Positions 41,724 through 56,700 of a stretch of DNA of 64,000 nt are shown one piece after another (position 1 is the stretch's first letter; each line of letters opens with the position of its first letter). This DNA comes from Eledone cirrhosa (lineage: Eukaryota), in the NCBI GenBank assembly GCA_964016885.1, contig OZ024743.1, positions 69,378,001 through 69,442,000 of the forward strand, in the 5' to 3' direction. Under the pieces are notes generated by a model. That model was not told the DNA's origin. It saw only the letters and a list, made by a program, of their open reading frames with translations, and did no database searches. The position numbers and the translations under genes were made by a program.

Positions 41724-44700
41724 CCAAGTAGAGAGTTGGTGTAGTGTGATATATATAGTAACTAGAGAGGTGGTGTAGTATGGTATATATAGTAACAAGA
41801 GAGAGATGGTGTAGTATGGTATATATATACTAACTAGAGAAGTGATGTAGTGTGGTATATATAGTAACTAGAGAGGGGGTGTAGTATGGTATATATAGTA
41901 ACTAGAGAGAGGTGGTGTAGTGTGGTAATTATAGTAACTATTGAGAGAGGTGGTGTAGTGTGGTATATATAGTAACAAGAGAGGTGGTGTAGTGTGGTAT
42001 ATATAGTAACTAGGGAGGTGGTGTAGTTTGGTATATATAGTAACTAGACAGGTGGTGTAGTGTGGTAAAAATAGTAATTAGAGAAGTGGGGTAAAGTGGT
42101 ATATATAGTAAGTAGAGAGAGGTGGTGTAGTGTGGTATATATAGTAACTAGAGAGGTGGTGTAGTGTGGTATATATAGTAACTAGAGAGGTGGTGTAGTG
42201 TGGTATACATAGTAAATTGAGAGGTGGTGTAGTGTGGTATATATAGTAACTAGAGATGTGGTGTAGTGTAGTATATATAGAAACTAGAGGGGTGGTGTAG
42301 TGTGGTATATATAGTAAGTAGAGAGGTGGTGTAGTGTGGTATATATAGTAACTAGAGAGGTGGTGTAGTGTAGTATATATAGTAACTAGAGAGGTGGTGT
42401 AGTGTAGTATATATAGTAACTAGAGAGGTGGTGTAATGTGGTATATATATTAACTAGAGAGAGGTGGGGTAGTGTGGTATATATAGTAACTATGGAGGTG
42501 GTGTAGTGTGGTACATATAGTAACTAGAGAGGTGGTGTAGTGTAGTAAATATAGTAACTAGAGAAGTGGTGTAGTGTGGTATATATAGTAATTAGTGAGG
42601 TGGTGTAGTGTAGTATATATAGTAACTAGAGATGTGGTGTAGTGTGGTATATATAGTAACTAGAGAGGTGGTGTAGTGTAGTATATATAGTAACTAGAGA
42701 GGTGGTCTAGTGTAGTATATATAGTAACTAGAGTGGAGGTGTAGTGTAGTATATATAGTAACTAGAGAGGTGGTGTAGTGTAGAGTATATAGTAACTAGA
42801 GAGGTGGTGTAGTGTGGTATATATAGTGACTAGTGAGAGGTGGTGTAGTGTGGTATATATAGTAACTATAGAGGTGGTGTAGTGTAGTATATATAGTAAC
42901 TAGAGAGGTGGTGTAGTGTAGTATATATAGTAACTAGAGAGGTGGTGTAGTTTGGTATATATAGTAACTAGAGAGGTGGTGTAGTATGGTATATATAGTA
43001 ACTAGAGGGGTGGTGTAGTGTTGTATATATAGTATTTAGAGAGGTGGTGTAGTGTGGTATATATAGTAACTAGAGAGAGGTTGTGTAGTGTGGTAAATAT
43101 AGTAACTAGAGAGAGAGGGTGTGTAGTGTGGTATATATAGTAACTAGAGAGTTGGTGTAATGTGGTATATATAGTAATTAGAGAGGTGGTGTAGTGTGGT
43201 ATATATAGTAACTAGAGAGGTGGTGCAGTGTGGTTTATATAGTAACTAGGGAGGTCGTGTAGTTTGGTATATATATTAAGTAGACAGGTGGTGTAGTATG
43301 GTTTATATAGTAACTAGAGAACAGGTGTAACGTGGTATATATAGTAATTAGAGAGGTGGTGTAGTGTGTTATATATAATAAGTAGAGAGATGTGGTGTAG
43401 TGTGGTTTATATAGTAACTAGAGAGAGAGGTGGTGTAGTGTGATCTTTATAGTAACTAGAGAGGTGGTGTAGTATGGTATATATAGTAAGTAGAGAGGTG
43501 GTGTAGTGTAGTATATATAGAAACTAGAGGGGTGGTGTAGTGTGGTATATATAGTAACTAGAGAGGTGGTGTAGTGTGGTATATATAGTAACTAGAGAGG
43601 TGGTGTAGTGTAGTATATATAGTAACTAGTGAGATGGTCTAGTGTAGTATATATAGTAACTAGAGAGGAGGTGTAGTGTAGTATATATAGTAACTAGAGA
43701 GGTGGTGTAGTGTACAGTATATAGTAAGTAGAGAGGTGGTGTAGTGTGGTATATATAGTAATTAGTGAGGTGGTGTAGTGTAGTATATATAGTAACTAAA
43801 AGGTGGTGTAGTGTGGTATATATAGTAACTAGAGAGGTGGTGTAGTGTAGTATATATAGTAACTAGTGAGGTGGTCTAGTGTAGTATATATAGTAACTAG
43901 AGAGGAGGTGTAGTGTAGTATATATAGTAACTAGAGAGGTGGTGTAGTGTAGAGTATATAGTAAGTAGAGAGGTGGTGTAGTGTGGTATATATAGTAACT
44001 AGAGAGGTGGTGTAGTGTAGTATATATATAATAACTAGAGAGGTGGTGTAGTTTGGTATATATAGCAACTAGACAGGCGGTGTAGTGTGGTTTATATAGT
44101 AACTAGAGAGGTGGTGTGATGTGGTATATATAGTAATTAGAGAGGTGGTGTAATGTGGTATATATAGTAACTAGAGAGGTGGTGTAGTATGGTATATATA
44201 GTAACTAGAGAGAGAGGTGGCGTAGTGTGGTATATATAGTAACTAGAGAGGTGGTGTAGTATGGTATATATAGTAACTAGAGGGGTGGTGTAGTGTGGTA
44301 TATATAGTAACTAGAGAGGTGGTGTAGTGTGGTATATATAGTAACTAGAGGGGTGGTGTAGTGTGGCATATATAGTAACTAGAGAGGTGTTGTAGTGTGG
44401 TATATATAGTAACTAGAGAGGTGGTGTAGTATGGTATATATAGTAACTAGAGAGGTGGTGTAGTGTGGTATATATAGTAATTAGAGAGGTGATGTAGTGT
44501 GGTATATATAATAACTAGAGAGATGTGGTGTAGTGTGGTTTATATAGTACCTAGAGAGAGAGGTGGTGTAGTGTTGTATATATAGTAACTAGAGAGGTGG
44601 TGTAGTATGGTATATATACTAAGTAGAGAGTTGGTGTAGTGTGATATATATAGTAACTAGAGAGGTGGTGTAGTATGGTATATATAGTAACAAGAGAGAG

Positions 44701-47700
44701 ATGGTGTAGTATGGTATATATATACTAACTAGAGAAGTGATGTAGTGTGGTATATATAGTAACTAGAGAGGGGGTGTAGTATGGTATATATAGTAACTAG
44801 AGAGAGGTGGTGTAGTGTGGTAATTATAGTAACTATTGAGAGAGGTGGTGTAGTGTGGTATATGTAGTAAAAAGAGAGGTGGTGTAGTGTGGTATATATA
44901 GTAACTAGGGAGGTGGTGTAGTTTGGTATATATAGTAACTAGACAGGTGGTGTAGTGTGGTAAAAATAGTAATTAGAGAAGTGGTGTAAAGTGGTATATA
45001 TAGTAAGTAGAGAGAGGTGGTGTAGTGTGGTATATATAGTAACTAGAGTGGTGGTGTAGTGTGGTATATATAGTAACTAGAGGGGTGGTGTAGTGGGGTA
45101 TATATAGTAACAAGAGAGGTGGTGTAGTGTGGTATATATAGTAACTAGGGTGGTGGTGTAGTTTGGTATATATAGTAACTAGACAGGTGGTGTAGTGTGG
45201 TATAAATAGTAATTAGAGAGGTGGTGTAATGTGGTATATATAGTAACTTGAGAGGTGGTTAATGTGGTATTCATATAGTAACTAGAGAGGTGGTGTAGTG
45301 TGGTATATATAGTAACTAGAGAGGTGGTGTAGTTTGGTATATATAGTAACTAGAGAGGTGGTGTAGTGTAGTATATATAGTAACTAGAGAGAGGTTGGGT
45401 AGTGTGGTATATATGGTAACTAGAGAGGCGGTGTAGTGTGGCATATATAGTAACTAGAGAGGTGGTGTAGTATGGTATATATAGTAACTAGAGAGGTGGT
45501 GTAGTGTGGTAAATATAGTAACTAGAGAGGTGGTATAGTGTGGTATATATAGTAACTAGAGAAAGGTGGTGTAGTGTGGTGTATATAGTAACTAGAGAGA
45601 GATGTGGTGTAGTGTGGTATATATAGTAACTAGAGAGTTGGTGTAGTGTGGTATATATAGTAATTAGAGAGGTGGTGTAGTGTGGTATGTATAGTAACTA
45701 GAGAGGTGGTGTAGTGTGGTATATATAGTAACTTGAGAGGTGGTTAATGTGGTATTTATATAGTAACTAGAGAGGTGGTGTAGTGTGGTATATATAGTAA
45801 CTAGAGAGGTGGTGTAGTTTGGTATATATAGTAACTAGAGAGGTGGTGTAGTGTAGTATATATAGTAACTAGAGAGGTGGTGTAGTGTAGTATATATAGT
45901 AACTAGAGAGGTGGTGTAGTGTGGTATATATAGTAACTAGAGAGAGGTTGGGTAGTGTGGTATATATAGTAACTAGAGAGGTGGTGTTGTGTGGTATACA
46001 TAGTAACTAGAGAGAGGTGGTGTAGTGTGGTATATATAGTAACTAGATAGAGGTTGTGTAGTGTGGTAAATATAGTAACTAGAGAGTTGGTGTAATGTGG
46101 TATATATAGTAATTAGAGAGGTGGTGTAGTGTGGTATATATAGTAACTAGAGAGGTGGTGTAGTGTGGTTTATATAGTAACTAGGGAGGTGGTGTAGTTT
46201 GGTATATATAGTAACTAGACAGGTGGTGTAGTATGGTTTATATAGTAACTAGAGAGAGAGAGGTGGTGTAATGTGGTATATATAGTAACTAGAGAGGTGG
46301 TGTAGTATGGTATATATAGTAACTAGAGAGGTGGTGTGGTGTGGTATATATAGTAACTAGAGAGGTGGTGTAGTGTGGTATATATAGTAACTAGAGAGGT
46401 GGTGTAGTGTGGTATATATAGTAACTAGAGGGGTGGTGTAGTATGGTATATATAGTAACTATTGAGTTGGTGTAGTGTGATATATATAGTAACTAGAGAG
46501 GTGGTGTAGTATGCTATATATAGTAACTAGAGAGGTGGTGTAGTGTGGTATGTATAGTAACTAGAGAGGTGGTGTAGTATGGTATATATAGTAACTAGAG
46601 AGGTGGTGTAGTTTGCTATATATAGTAAATAGACAGGTGGTGTAGTGTGGTAAAAATAGTAATTAGAGTGGTGATGTAAAGTGGTATATATAGTAAGTAG
46701 AGAGAGGTGGTGTAGTGTGGTATATATAGTAACTAGAGAGGTGGTGTAGTGTGGTATATATAGTAACTAGAGGGGTGGTGTAGTGTGGTATATATAGTAA
46801 CTACAGGGGTGTTGTAGTGTGGTATATATAGTAACTAGAGAGGTAATATAGTGTGGTATAAATAGTAATTAGAGAGGTGGTGTAATGTGGTATATATAGT
46901 AAGTAGAGAGAGGTGGTGTAGTGTGGTATATATAGTAACTAGAAAGGTGGCGTAGTGTAGTACATATAGTAACTAGAGAGTGAGGTTGTGTAGTGTGGTA
47001 TATATGGTAACTAGAGAGGTGGTGTAGTATGGTATATATAGTAACTAGAGAGGTGGTGTAGTGTGGTAAATATAGTAACTAGAGAGGTGGTATAGTGTGG
47101 TATATATAGGAACTAGAGAAAGGTGGTGTAGTGTGGTATATATAGTAACTAGAGTGTTGGTGTAGTGTGGTATATATATAGTAATTAGAGAGGTGGTGTA
47201 GTGTGGTATATATAGTAACTAGAGAGGTGGTGTAGTGTGGTATATATAGTAACTTGAGAGCTGGTGTAGTGTGGTATTTATATAGTAACTAGAGAGGTGG
47301 TGTAGTGTACTATATATAGTAACTAGAGAGGTGGTGTAGTGTAGTATATATAGTAACTAGAGAGGTGGTGTAGTGTGGTATATATAATAACTAGAGAGAG
47401 GTGGGCTAGTGTGGTATATATAGTAACTAGAGAGGTGGTGTAGTGTGGTATATATAGTAACTAGAGAGAGGTGGTGTAGTGCGGTATATATAGTAACAAG
47501 AGAGAGGTTGTGTAGTGTGGTAAATATAGTAACTATAGAGAGAGGGTGAGTAGTGTGGTATATATAGTAACTAGAGAGTTGGTGTAATGTGGTATATATA
47601 GTAATTAGAGAGATGGTGTAGTGTGGTATATATAGTAACTAGAGAGGTGGTGTAGTGTGGTGTATATAGTATCTAGGGAGGTGGTGTAGTTTGGTATATA

Positions 47701-50700
47701 TAGTAACTAGACAGGTGGTGTAGTATGGTTTATATAGTAACTAGAGAACATGTGTAACGTGGTATATATAGTAATTAGAGAGGTGGTGTAGTGTATTATA
47801 TATAATAAGTAGAGAGATGTGGTGTAGTGTGGTTTATATAGTAACTAGAGAGAGAGGTGATGTAATGTGGTATATATAGTAACTAGAGAGGTGGTGTAGT
47901 ATGGTTTATATAGTAACTAGAGAGGTGGTGTGGTGTGGTATATATAGTAACTAGAGAGGTGGTGTAGTGTGGTATATATAGTAACTAGAGCGGTCGTGTA
48001 GTGTGGTATATATAGTAACTAGAGGGGTGGTGTTGTGTGGTATATATAGTAACTAGAGAGGTGGTGTAGTGTATAATATATAGTAACTAGAGAGGTGGTG
48101 TAGTTTAGCATATATGGTAACTAGAGAGGTGGTGTAGTGTGGTATATATAGTAACTAGAGACAGGTGAGGTAGTGAGGTATATATAGTAACAAGAGAGGT
48201 GGTGTAGTGTGGTATATATCGTTACAAGCGAGGTGGTGTAGTGTATTAAATATAGTAACTAGAGAGGTGGTGTAGTGTGGTATATATAGTAATTAGTGAG
48301 GTTGTGTAGTGTAGTATATATAGTAACTAGAGAGGTGGTGTAGTGTAGTGTATATAGTAACTAGAGAGGTGGTGCAGTGTAGTATATATAGTAACTAGAG
48401 AGGTGGTGTAGTGTAGTATATATAGTAACTAGAGAGGTGGTGTAGCGTAGAGTATATATTAACTAGAGAGGTGGTGTGGTATATATAGTAACTAGAGAGG
48501 TGGTGTAGTATGGTATATATAGTAAATAGAGAGGTGGTGTAGTGTGGTATATATAGTAAATAGAGAGGTGGTGTAGTGTGGTTTATATAGTAACTAATGA
48601 GAGAGAGGTGGTGTAGTGTGGTATATATTGTAACTAGAGAGAGAGGTGGTGTAGTGTTGTATATATAGTAACTAGAGAGGTGGTGTAGTGTGGTATATAT
48701 AGTAACTCGAGAGGTCATGTAGTGTGGTATATATAGTAACTAGAGAGAGGGGTGGTGTAGTGTGGTATATATGGTAACTAGAGAGGCGGTGTAGTGTGGC
48801 ATATATAGTAACTAGAGAGGTGGTGTAGTATGGTATATATAGTAACTAGAGAGGTGCTGTAGTGTGGTAAATATATTAACTAGGGAGGTGCTGTAGTGTG
48901 GTAACTATATTAACTAGGGAGGTGCTGTAGTGTGGTATATATAGTAACTTGAGAGAAAAGTGGTGTAGTGTGGTATATATAGTAACTAGAGAGGTGGTGT
49001 AGTGTGGTATATATAGTAACTTGAGAGGTGGTGTAGGGTGGTATATATATAGTAACTAGAGAGGTGGTGTAGTGTGGTATATATAGTAACTAGAGGGGTG
49101 GTGTAGTGTGGTACAGATAGTAACTAGAGAGGTGTTGTAGTGTGGTATATATAGTAACTAGAGAGATGGAGTAGTGTGGTATATATAGTAATTAGGGAGG
49201 GGTGTAATGTGGTATATATAGAAACTAGAGAGAGGTGGTGTAGTGTGGTATATATAGTAACTAGAGAAGTGGTGTAGTGTGGTATATATAGTTACTAGAG
49301 AGGTGATGTAGTGTGGTATATATATTAACTAGAGAGAAAGGTGTTGTAGTGTAGTAAATATGGTAACTATAGAGGCTGTGTAGTGTGGCATATTTAGTAA
49401 CTAGAGAGGTGGTGTAGTGTGGTATATATAGTAACTAGAGAGGTGGTGTAGTGTGGTATATATAGTAATTAGAGAGGTGGTGTAGTGTGGTATATATAGT
49501 AACTAGAGAGCTGGTGTAGTGTGGTATATATAGTAACTTGAGAGGTGGTGTAGTGTGGTATATATATAGTAACTAGAGAGGTGGTGTAGTGTGGTATATA
49601 TAGTAACTAGAGAGGTGGTGTAGTGTAGTATATATAGTAACTAGAGAGGTGGTGTAGTGTAGAGTATATAATAACTAGAGAGGTGCTGCAGTGTAGTATA
49701 TATAGTAACTAGCGAGGTGGTGTAGTGTAGTATAAATAGTAACTAGAGAGGTGTGGTGTAGTGTGTTTTATATAGTAACTACAGAGAGAGGTGGTGTAGT
49801 GTTGTATATATAGTAACTAGAGATGTGTTGTAGTATGGTATATATAGTGACTAGAGAGGTGGTGTAGTGTGGTATATATAGTAACTAGAGAGGTGGTGTA
49901 GTATGGTATATATAATAACTAGAGAGGTGTTGTAGTGTGGTATATATAGTAATTAGAGAAGTGGTGTAGTGTGGTATATATAGTAACTAGGGAGAGGTGG
50001 TGTAGTGTGTTAAATATAGTAACTAGAGAGAGAGGTGGTGTAGTGTGGTATATATAGTAACTAGAGAGTTGTTGTAGTGTGGTATATATAGTAATTAGAG
50101 AGGTGGTGTAGTGTGGTATATATAGTAACTAGAGAGGTGGTGTAGTGTGCTATATATAGTAACTAGGGAGGTGGTGTAGTTTGGTATATACAGTAACTAT
50201 ACAGGTGGTGTAGTGTGGTATTTATAGTAACTAGAGAGGTGGTGTAACGTGGTATATATAGTAATTAGAGACGCGGGGTAATGTGGTATATATAGTAACT
50301 AGAGTGGTGGTGTAGTATGGTATATATAGTAACTAGAGAGGTGGTGTAGTGTGGTATATATATAGTAACTAGAGAGGTGGTGTAGTGTGGTATATATAGT
50401 AACTAGATGGGTGGTGTAGTGTGGTATAGATAGTAACTAGAGAGGTGTTGTAGTGTGGTATATATATAGTAACTAGAGAGATGGTGTAGTGTGGTATATA
50501 TAGTGATTAGTGAGGTTGTGTAGTGTAGTATATATACTAACTAGAGAGGTGGTGTAGTGTAGTATATATAGTAACTAGAAAGGTGGTGTAGTGTAGAGTA
50601 TATAGTAACTAGAGAGGTGGTGCAGTGTTGTATATATAGTAACTAGAGAGGTGGTGTAGTTTAGTATATATAGTAACTAGAGATGTGGTGTAGTGTAGAG

Positions 50701-53700
50701 TATATAGTAACTAGGGTGGTGGTCTGTTATATATAGTAACTAGAGAGGTGGTGTAGTGTGGTATATATAGTAAATAGAGAGGTGGTGTAGTATGGTATAT
50801 ATATTAACTAGAGTGCTGGTGTAGTGTGGTATATATAATAACTAGAGAGATGTGGTGTAGTGTAGTTTATATAGTAACTAGAGAGAGAGAGAGGTGGTGT
50901 AGTGTGGTATATATAGTAACTAGAGAGGTGGTGTAGTATGGTATATATATTAACTAGAGAGTTGGTGTGGTATATATAATAACTAGAGAAAGGTGGTGTA
51001 GTGTGGTATATATAGTAACTAGAGAGAGAAGTGGTATAGTGTGGTATATATAGTAACTAGAGAGTTGGTGTAGTGTGATATATATAGTAATTAGAGGGGT
51101 GGTGTAGTGTGGTATATATAGTAATTAGAGAGCTGGTGTAGTGTGGTATATATAGTAACTTGAGAGGTGGTGTAGTGTGGTATATATATAGTAACTAGAG
51201 AGGTGGTGTAGTGTGGTATATATAGTAACTAGAGAGGTGGTGTAGTGTGGTATATATAGTAACTAGAGACAGGTGAGGTAGTGAGGTATATATAGTAACA
51301 AGAGAGGTTATGTTGTGCGGTATATACAGTAACAAGAAAGGTGGTGTAGTGTAGTAAATATAGTAACTAGAGAGGTGGTTTAGTGTGGTATATATAGTAA
51401 TTAGTGAGGTTGTGTAATGTAGTATATATAGTAAATAGAGAGGTGGTGTAGTGTAGTATATATAATAACTAGAGAGATGTGGTCTAGTGTGGTTTATATA
51501 GTAACTAGAGAGAGAGGTGGTGTAGTGTTGTATATATAGTAACTAGAGATGTGTGATAGTATGGTATATATAGTAACTAGAGAGGTGGTGTAGTGTGATA
51601 TATATAGTAACAAGAGAGGTGGTGTAGTATGGTATATATAGTAACTAGAGAGAGATGGTGTAGTATGGTATATATAGTAACTAGACATGTGGTGTAGTGT
51701 GGTATATATAGTAACTAGAGAGGTGGTGTTGTGTGGTATATATAGTAATTAGAGAGCTGGTGTCGTGTGGTATATATTGTAACTTGAGAGGTGGTGTTGT
51801 GTGGTATATATATAGTAACTAGAGAGGTGGTGTAGTGTGGTATATATAGTAACTAGAGAGGTGGTGTAGTGTGGTAAATATAGTAATTAGAGAGGTGGTG
51901 TAGTGTGGTCTATATAGTAACTAGAGAAAGGTGGTGTAGTGTGGTATATATAGTAACTAGAGAGGGAAGTGGTGTAGTGTGGTATATATAGTAACTAGAG
52001 AGTTGGTGTAGTGTGGTATATATAGTAATTAGAGGGGTGGTGTAGTGTGGTATATATAGTAATTAGAGAGCTGGTGTCGTGTGGCATATATAGTAACTAG
52101 AGAGATGGTGTAGTGTGGTAAATATAGCAATTAGAGAGGTGGTGTAGTGTGGTATATATAATAACTAGAGAAAGGTGGTGTAGTGTGGTATATATAGTAA
52201 CTAGAGAGAGAAGTGGTGTAGTGTGGTATATATATTAACTAGAGAGGTGGTGTAGTGTGGTATATATAGTAATTAGTGAGGTTGTGTAGTGTAGTATATA
52301 TAGTAACAAGAGAGGTGGTGTAGTGTAGTATATATAGTAACTAGAAAGGTGGTGTAGTGTAGAGTTTATAGTAACTAGAGAGGTGGTGTAGTGTATTATA
52401 TATAGTAACTAGAGAGGTGGTGTAGTGTAGAGTATATAGTAACTAGGGAGGTGGTGTGGTATATATAGTAACTAGAGAGGTGGTGTAGTGTGGTATATAT
52501 AGTAAATAGAGAGGTGGTGTAGTATGGTATATATATTAACTAGAGGGGTGGTGTAGTGTGGTATATATAATAACTAGAGAGATGTGGTGTAGTGTGGTTT
52601 ATATAGTAACTAGAGAGGTGGTGTATTATGGTATATATAGTAACTAGAGAGATGGTGTAGTGTGGTAAATATAGTAATTAGAGAGGTGGTGTAGTGTGGT
52701 ATATATAATAACTAGAGAAAGGTGGTGTAGTGTGGTATATATAGTAACTAGAGAGAGAAGTGGTGTAGTGTGGTATATATAGTAATTAGAGAGCTGGTGT
52801 AGTGTGGTATATATAGTAACTTGAGAGGTGGTGTAGTGTGGTATATATATATAGTAACTAGAGAGGTGATGTAGTGTGGTATATATAGTAACTACAGAGG
52901 TGGTGTAGTGTGGTATATATAGAAACTAGAGAGGTGGTGTAGTGTATAATATATAGTAACTAGAGAGGTGGTGTAGTTTAGTATATATAGTAACTAGAGA
53001 GGTGGTGTAGTGTGGTATATATAGTAACTAGAGACAGGTGAGGTAGTGAGGTATGTATAGTAACAAGAGAGGTTATGTAGTGTGGTATATATAGTAACAA
53101 GAAAGGTGGTGTAGTGTAGTAAATATAGTAACTAGAGAGGTGGTGTAGTGTGGTATATATAGTAATTAGTGAGGTTGTGTAGTGTAGTATATATAGTAAC
53201 TAGAGAGGTGGTGTAGTGTAGTATATATAATAACTAGAGAGATGTTGTGTAGTGTGGTTTATATAGTAACTAGAGAGAGAGGTGGTTTTGTGTGGTATAT
53301 ATAGTAACCAGAGAGGTGGTGTAGTATGGTATGTATAGTAACTAGAGAGGTGGTGTGGTGTGATATATATAGTAACAAGAGAGGTGGTGTAGTATGGTAT
53401 ATATAGTAACTAGAGAGAGATGGTGTAGTATGGTATATATAGTAACTAGACAGGTGGTGTAGTGTGGTATATATAGTAACTAGAGGGGTGGTGTAGTATG
53501 GTATATATAGTAACTAGAGAGGTGGTGTAGTGTGGTATATATAGTAACTAGTCAGGTGGTGTAGTTTGGTATATATAGTAACTAGACAGGTGGTGTAGTG
53601 TGGTTTATATAGTAACTAGAGAGGTGGTGTAACGTGGTATATATGGTAATTAGAGAGGTGGTGTAATGTGGTATATATATTAACTAGAGTGGTGGTGTAG

Positions 53701-56700
53701 TATGGTATATATAGTAACTAGAGAGGTGGTGTAGTGTGGTATATATAATAACTAGAGAGATGTGTAGTGTGGTTTATATAGTAACTAGAGAGAGAGGTGG
53801 TTTTGTGTGGTATATATAGTAACCAGAGAGGTGGTGTAGTATGGTATGTATAGTAACTAGAGAGATGGTGTAGTGTGGTAAATATAGTAATTAGAGAGGT
53901 GGTGTAGTGTGGTATATATAATAACTAGAGAAAGGTGGTGTAGTGTGGTATATATAGTAACTAGAGAGAGAAGTGGTGTAGTGTGGTATATATAGTAATT
54001 AGAGAGCTGGTGTAGTGTGGTATATATAGTAACTTGAGAGGTGGTGTAGTGTGGTATATATATATAGTAAATAGAGAGGTGATGTAGTGTGGTATATATA
54101 GTAACTACAGAGGTGGTGTAGTGTGGTATATATAGAAACTAGAGAGGTGGTGTAGTGTATAATATATAGTAACTAGAGAGGTGGTGTAGTTTAGTATATA
54201 TAGTAACTAGAGAGGTGGTGTAGTGTGGTATATATAGTAACTAGAGACAGGTGAGGTAGTGAGGTATGTATAGTAACAAGAGAGGTTATGTAGTGTGGTA
54301 TATATAGTAACAAGAAAGGTGGTGTAGTGTAATAAATATAGTAACTAGAGAGGTGGTGTAGTGTGGTATATATAGTAATTAGTGAGGTTGTGTAGTGTAG
54401 TATATATAGTAACTAGAGAGGTGGTGTAGTGTAGTATATATAATAACTAGAGAGATGTTGTGTAGTGTGGTTTATATAGTAACTAGAGAGAGAGGTGGTT
54501 TTGTGTGGTATATATAGTAACCAGAGAGGTGGTGTAGTATGGTATGTATAGTAACTAGAGAGGTGGTGTGGTGTGATATATATAGTAACAAGAGAGGTGG
54601 TGTAGTATGGTATATATAGTAACTAGAGAGAGATGGTGTAGTATGGTATATATAGTAACTAGACAGGTGGTGTAGTGTGGTATATATAGTAACTAGAGGG
54701 GTGGTGTAGTATGGTATATATAGTAACTAGAGAGGTGGTGTAGTGTGGTATATATAGTAACTAGTCAGGTGGTGTAGTTTGGTATATATAGTAACTAGAC
54801 AGGTGGTGTAGTGTGGTTTATATAGTAACTAGAGAGGTGGTGTAACGTGGTATATATGGTAATTAGAGAGGTGGTGTAATGTGGTATATATATTAACTAG
54901 AGTGGTGGTGTAGTATGGTATATATAGTAACTAGAGAGGTGGTGTAGTGTGGTATATATAATAACTAGAGAGATGTGTAGTGTGGTTTATATAGTAACTA
55001 GAGAGAGAGGTGGTTTTGTGTGGTATATATAGTAACCAGAGAGGTGGTGTAGTATGGTATGTATAGTAACTAGAGAAGTGGTGTGGTGTGGTATATATAG
55101 AAACTAGAGAGGTGGTGTAGTATGGTATATATAATAACTAGAGAGGTGCTGTAGTGTGGTATATATAGTAATTAGAGAGGTGGTGTAGTGTGGTATATAT
55201 AGTAACTAGGGAGAGGTGGTGTAGTGTGTTAAATATAGTAACTAGAGAGAGAGGTGGTGTAGTGTGGTTTATATAGTAACTAGAGAGTTGTTGTAGTGTG
55301 GTATATCTAGTAATTATAGAGGTGGTGTAGTGTGGTATATATAGTAACTAGAGAGGTGGTGTAGTGTGGTATATATAGTAACTAGGGAGGTGGTGTAGTT
55401 TGGTATATATAGTAACTATACAGGTGGTGTAGTGTGGTTTATATAGTAACTAGAGAGGTGGTGTAACGTGGTATATATAGTAATTAGAGAGGTGGTGTAA
55501 TGTGGTATATATAGTAACTAGAGTGGTGGTGTAGTATGGTATATATAGTTACTAGAGAGGTGGTGTAGTGTGATATATATATAGCAACTAGAGAGGTGGT
55601 GTAGTGTTGTATAGATAGTAACTAGAGAGGTGTTGTAGTGTGGTATATATATAGTAACTAGAGAGATGGTGTAGTGTAGTATATATAGTAATTAGGGAGG
55701 GGTGTAATGTGGTATATATAGTAACTAGAGAGAGGTGGTGTAGTGTTGTATATATAGTAACTAGAGAGGTGGTGTAGTGTGGTATATATAGCTCCTAGAT
55801 AGGTGATGTAGTGTGGTATATATATTAATTAGAGAGAGAGGTGGTGTAGTGTAGTATATATGGTAACTATAGAAGCTGTGTAGTGTGGCATATATAGTAA
55901 CTAGAGAGGTGGTGTAGTGTGGTAAATATAGTAATTAGAGAGGTGGTGTAGTGTGGTATATATAGTAACTAGAGAGGGAAGTGGTGTAGTGTGGTATATA
56001 TAGTAACTAGAGAGTTGATGTAGTGTGGTATATATAGTAACTTGAGAGGTGGTGTAGTGTGGTATATATATAGTAACTAGAGAGGTGGTGTAGTGTGGTA
56101 TATATAGTAACTAGAGAGGTGGTGTAGTGTGGTATATATAGAAACTAGAGAGGTGGTGTAGTGTATAATATATAGTAACTAGAGAGGTGGTGTAGTTTAG
56201 TATATAGAGTAACTAGAGAGGTTGTGTAGTGTAGAGTATATAGTAACTAGAGAGGTGGTGTAGTGTAGTATATATAGTAACTAGAATGGTGGTGTAGTGT
56301 AGAGTATATAGTAACTAGAGAGGTGGTGCAGTGTTGTATTTATAGTAACTAGAGAGGTGGTGTAGTGTAGTATATATAGTAACTAGAGAGGTTGTGTAGT
56401 GTAGAGTATATAGTAACTAGAGAGGTGGTGTAGTGTGGTATATATAGTAAATAGAGAGGTGGTGTAGTATGGTATATATATTAACTAGAGGGCTGGTGTA
56501 GTGTGGTATATATAATAACTAGAGAGATGTGGTGTAGTGTGGTTTATATAGTAACTAGAGAGAGAGAGAGGTGGTGTAGTGTGGTATATATAGTAACTAG
56601 AGAGGTGGTGTAGTATGGTATATATATTAACTAGAGAGTTGGTGTGGTATATATAATAACTAGAGAAAGGTGGTGTAGTGTGGTATATATAGTAACTAGA

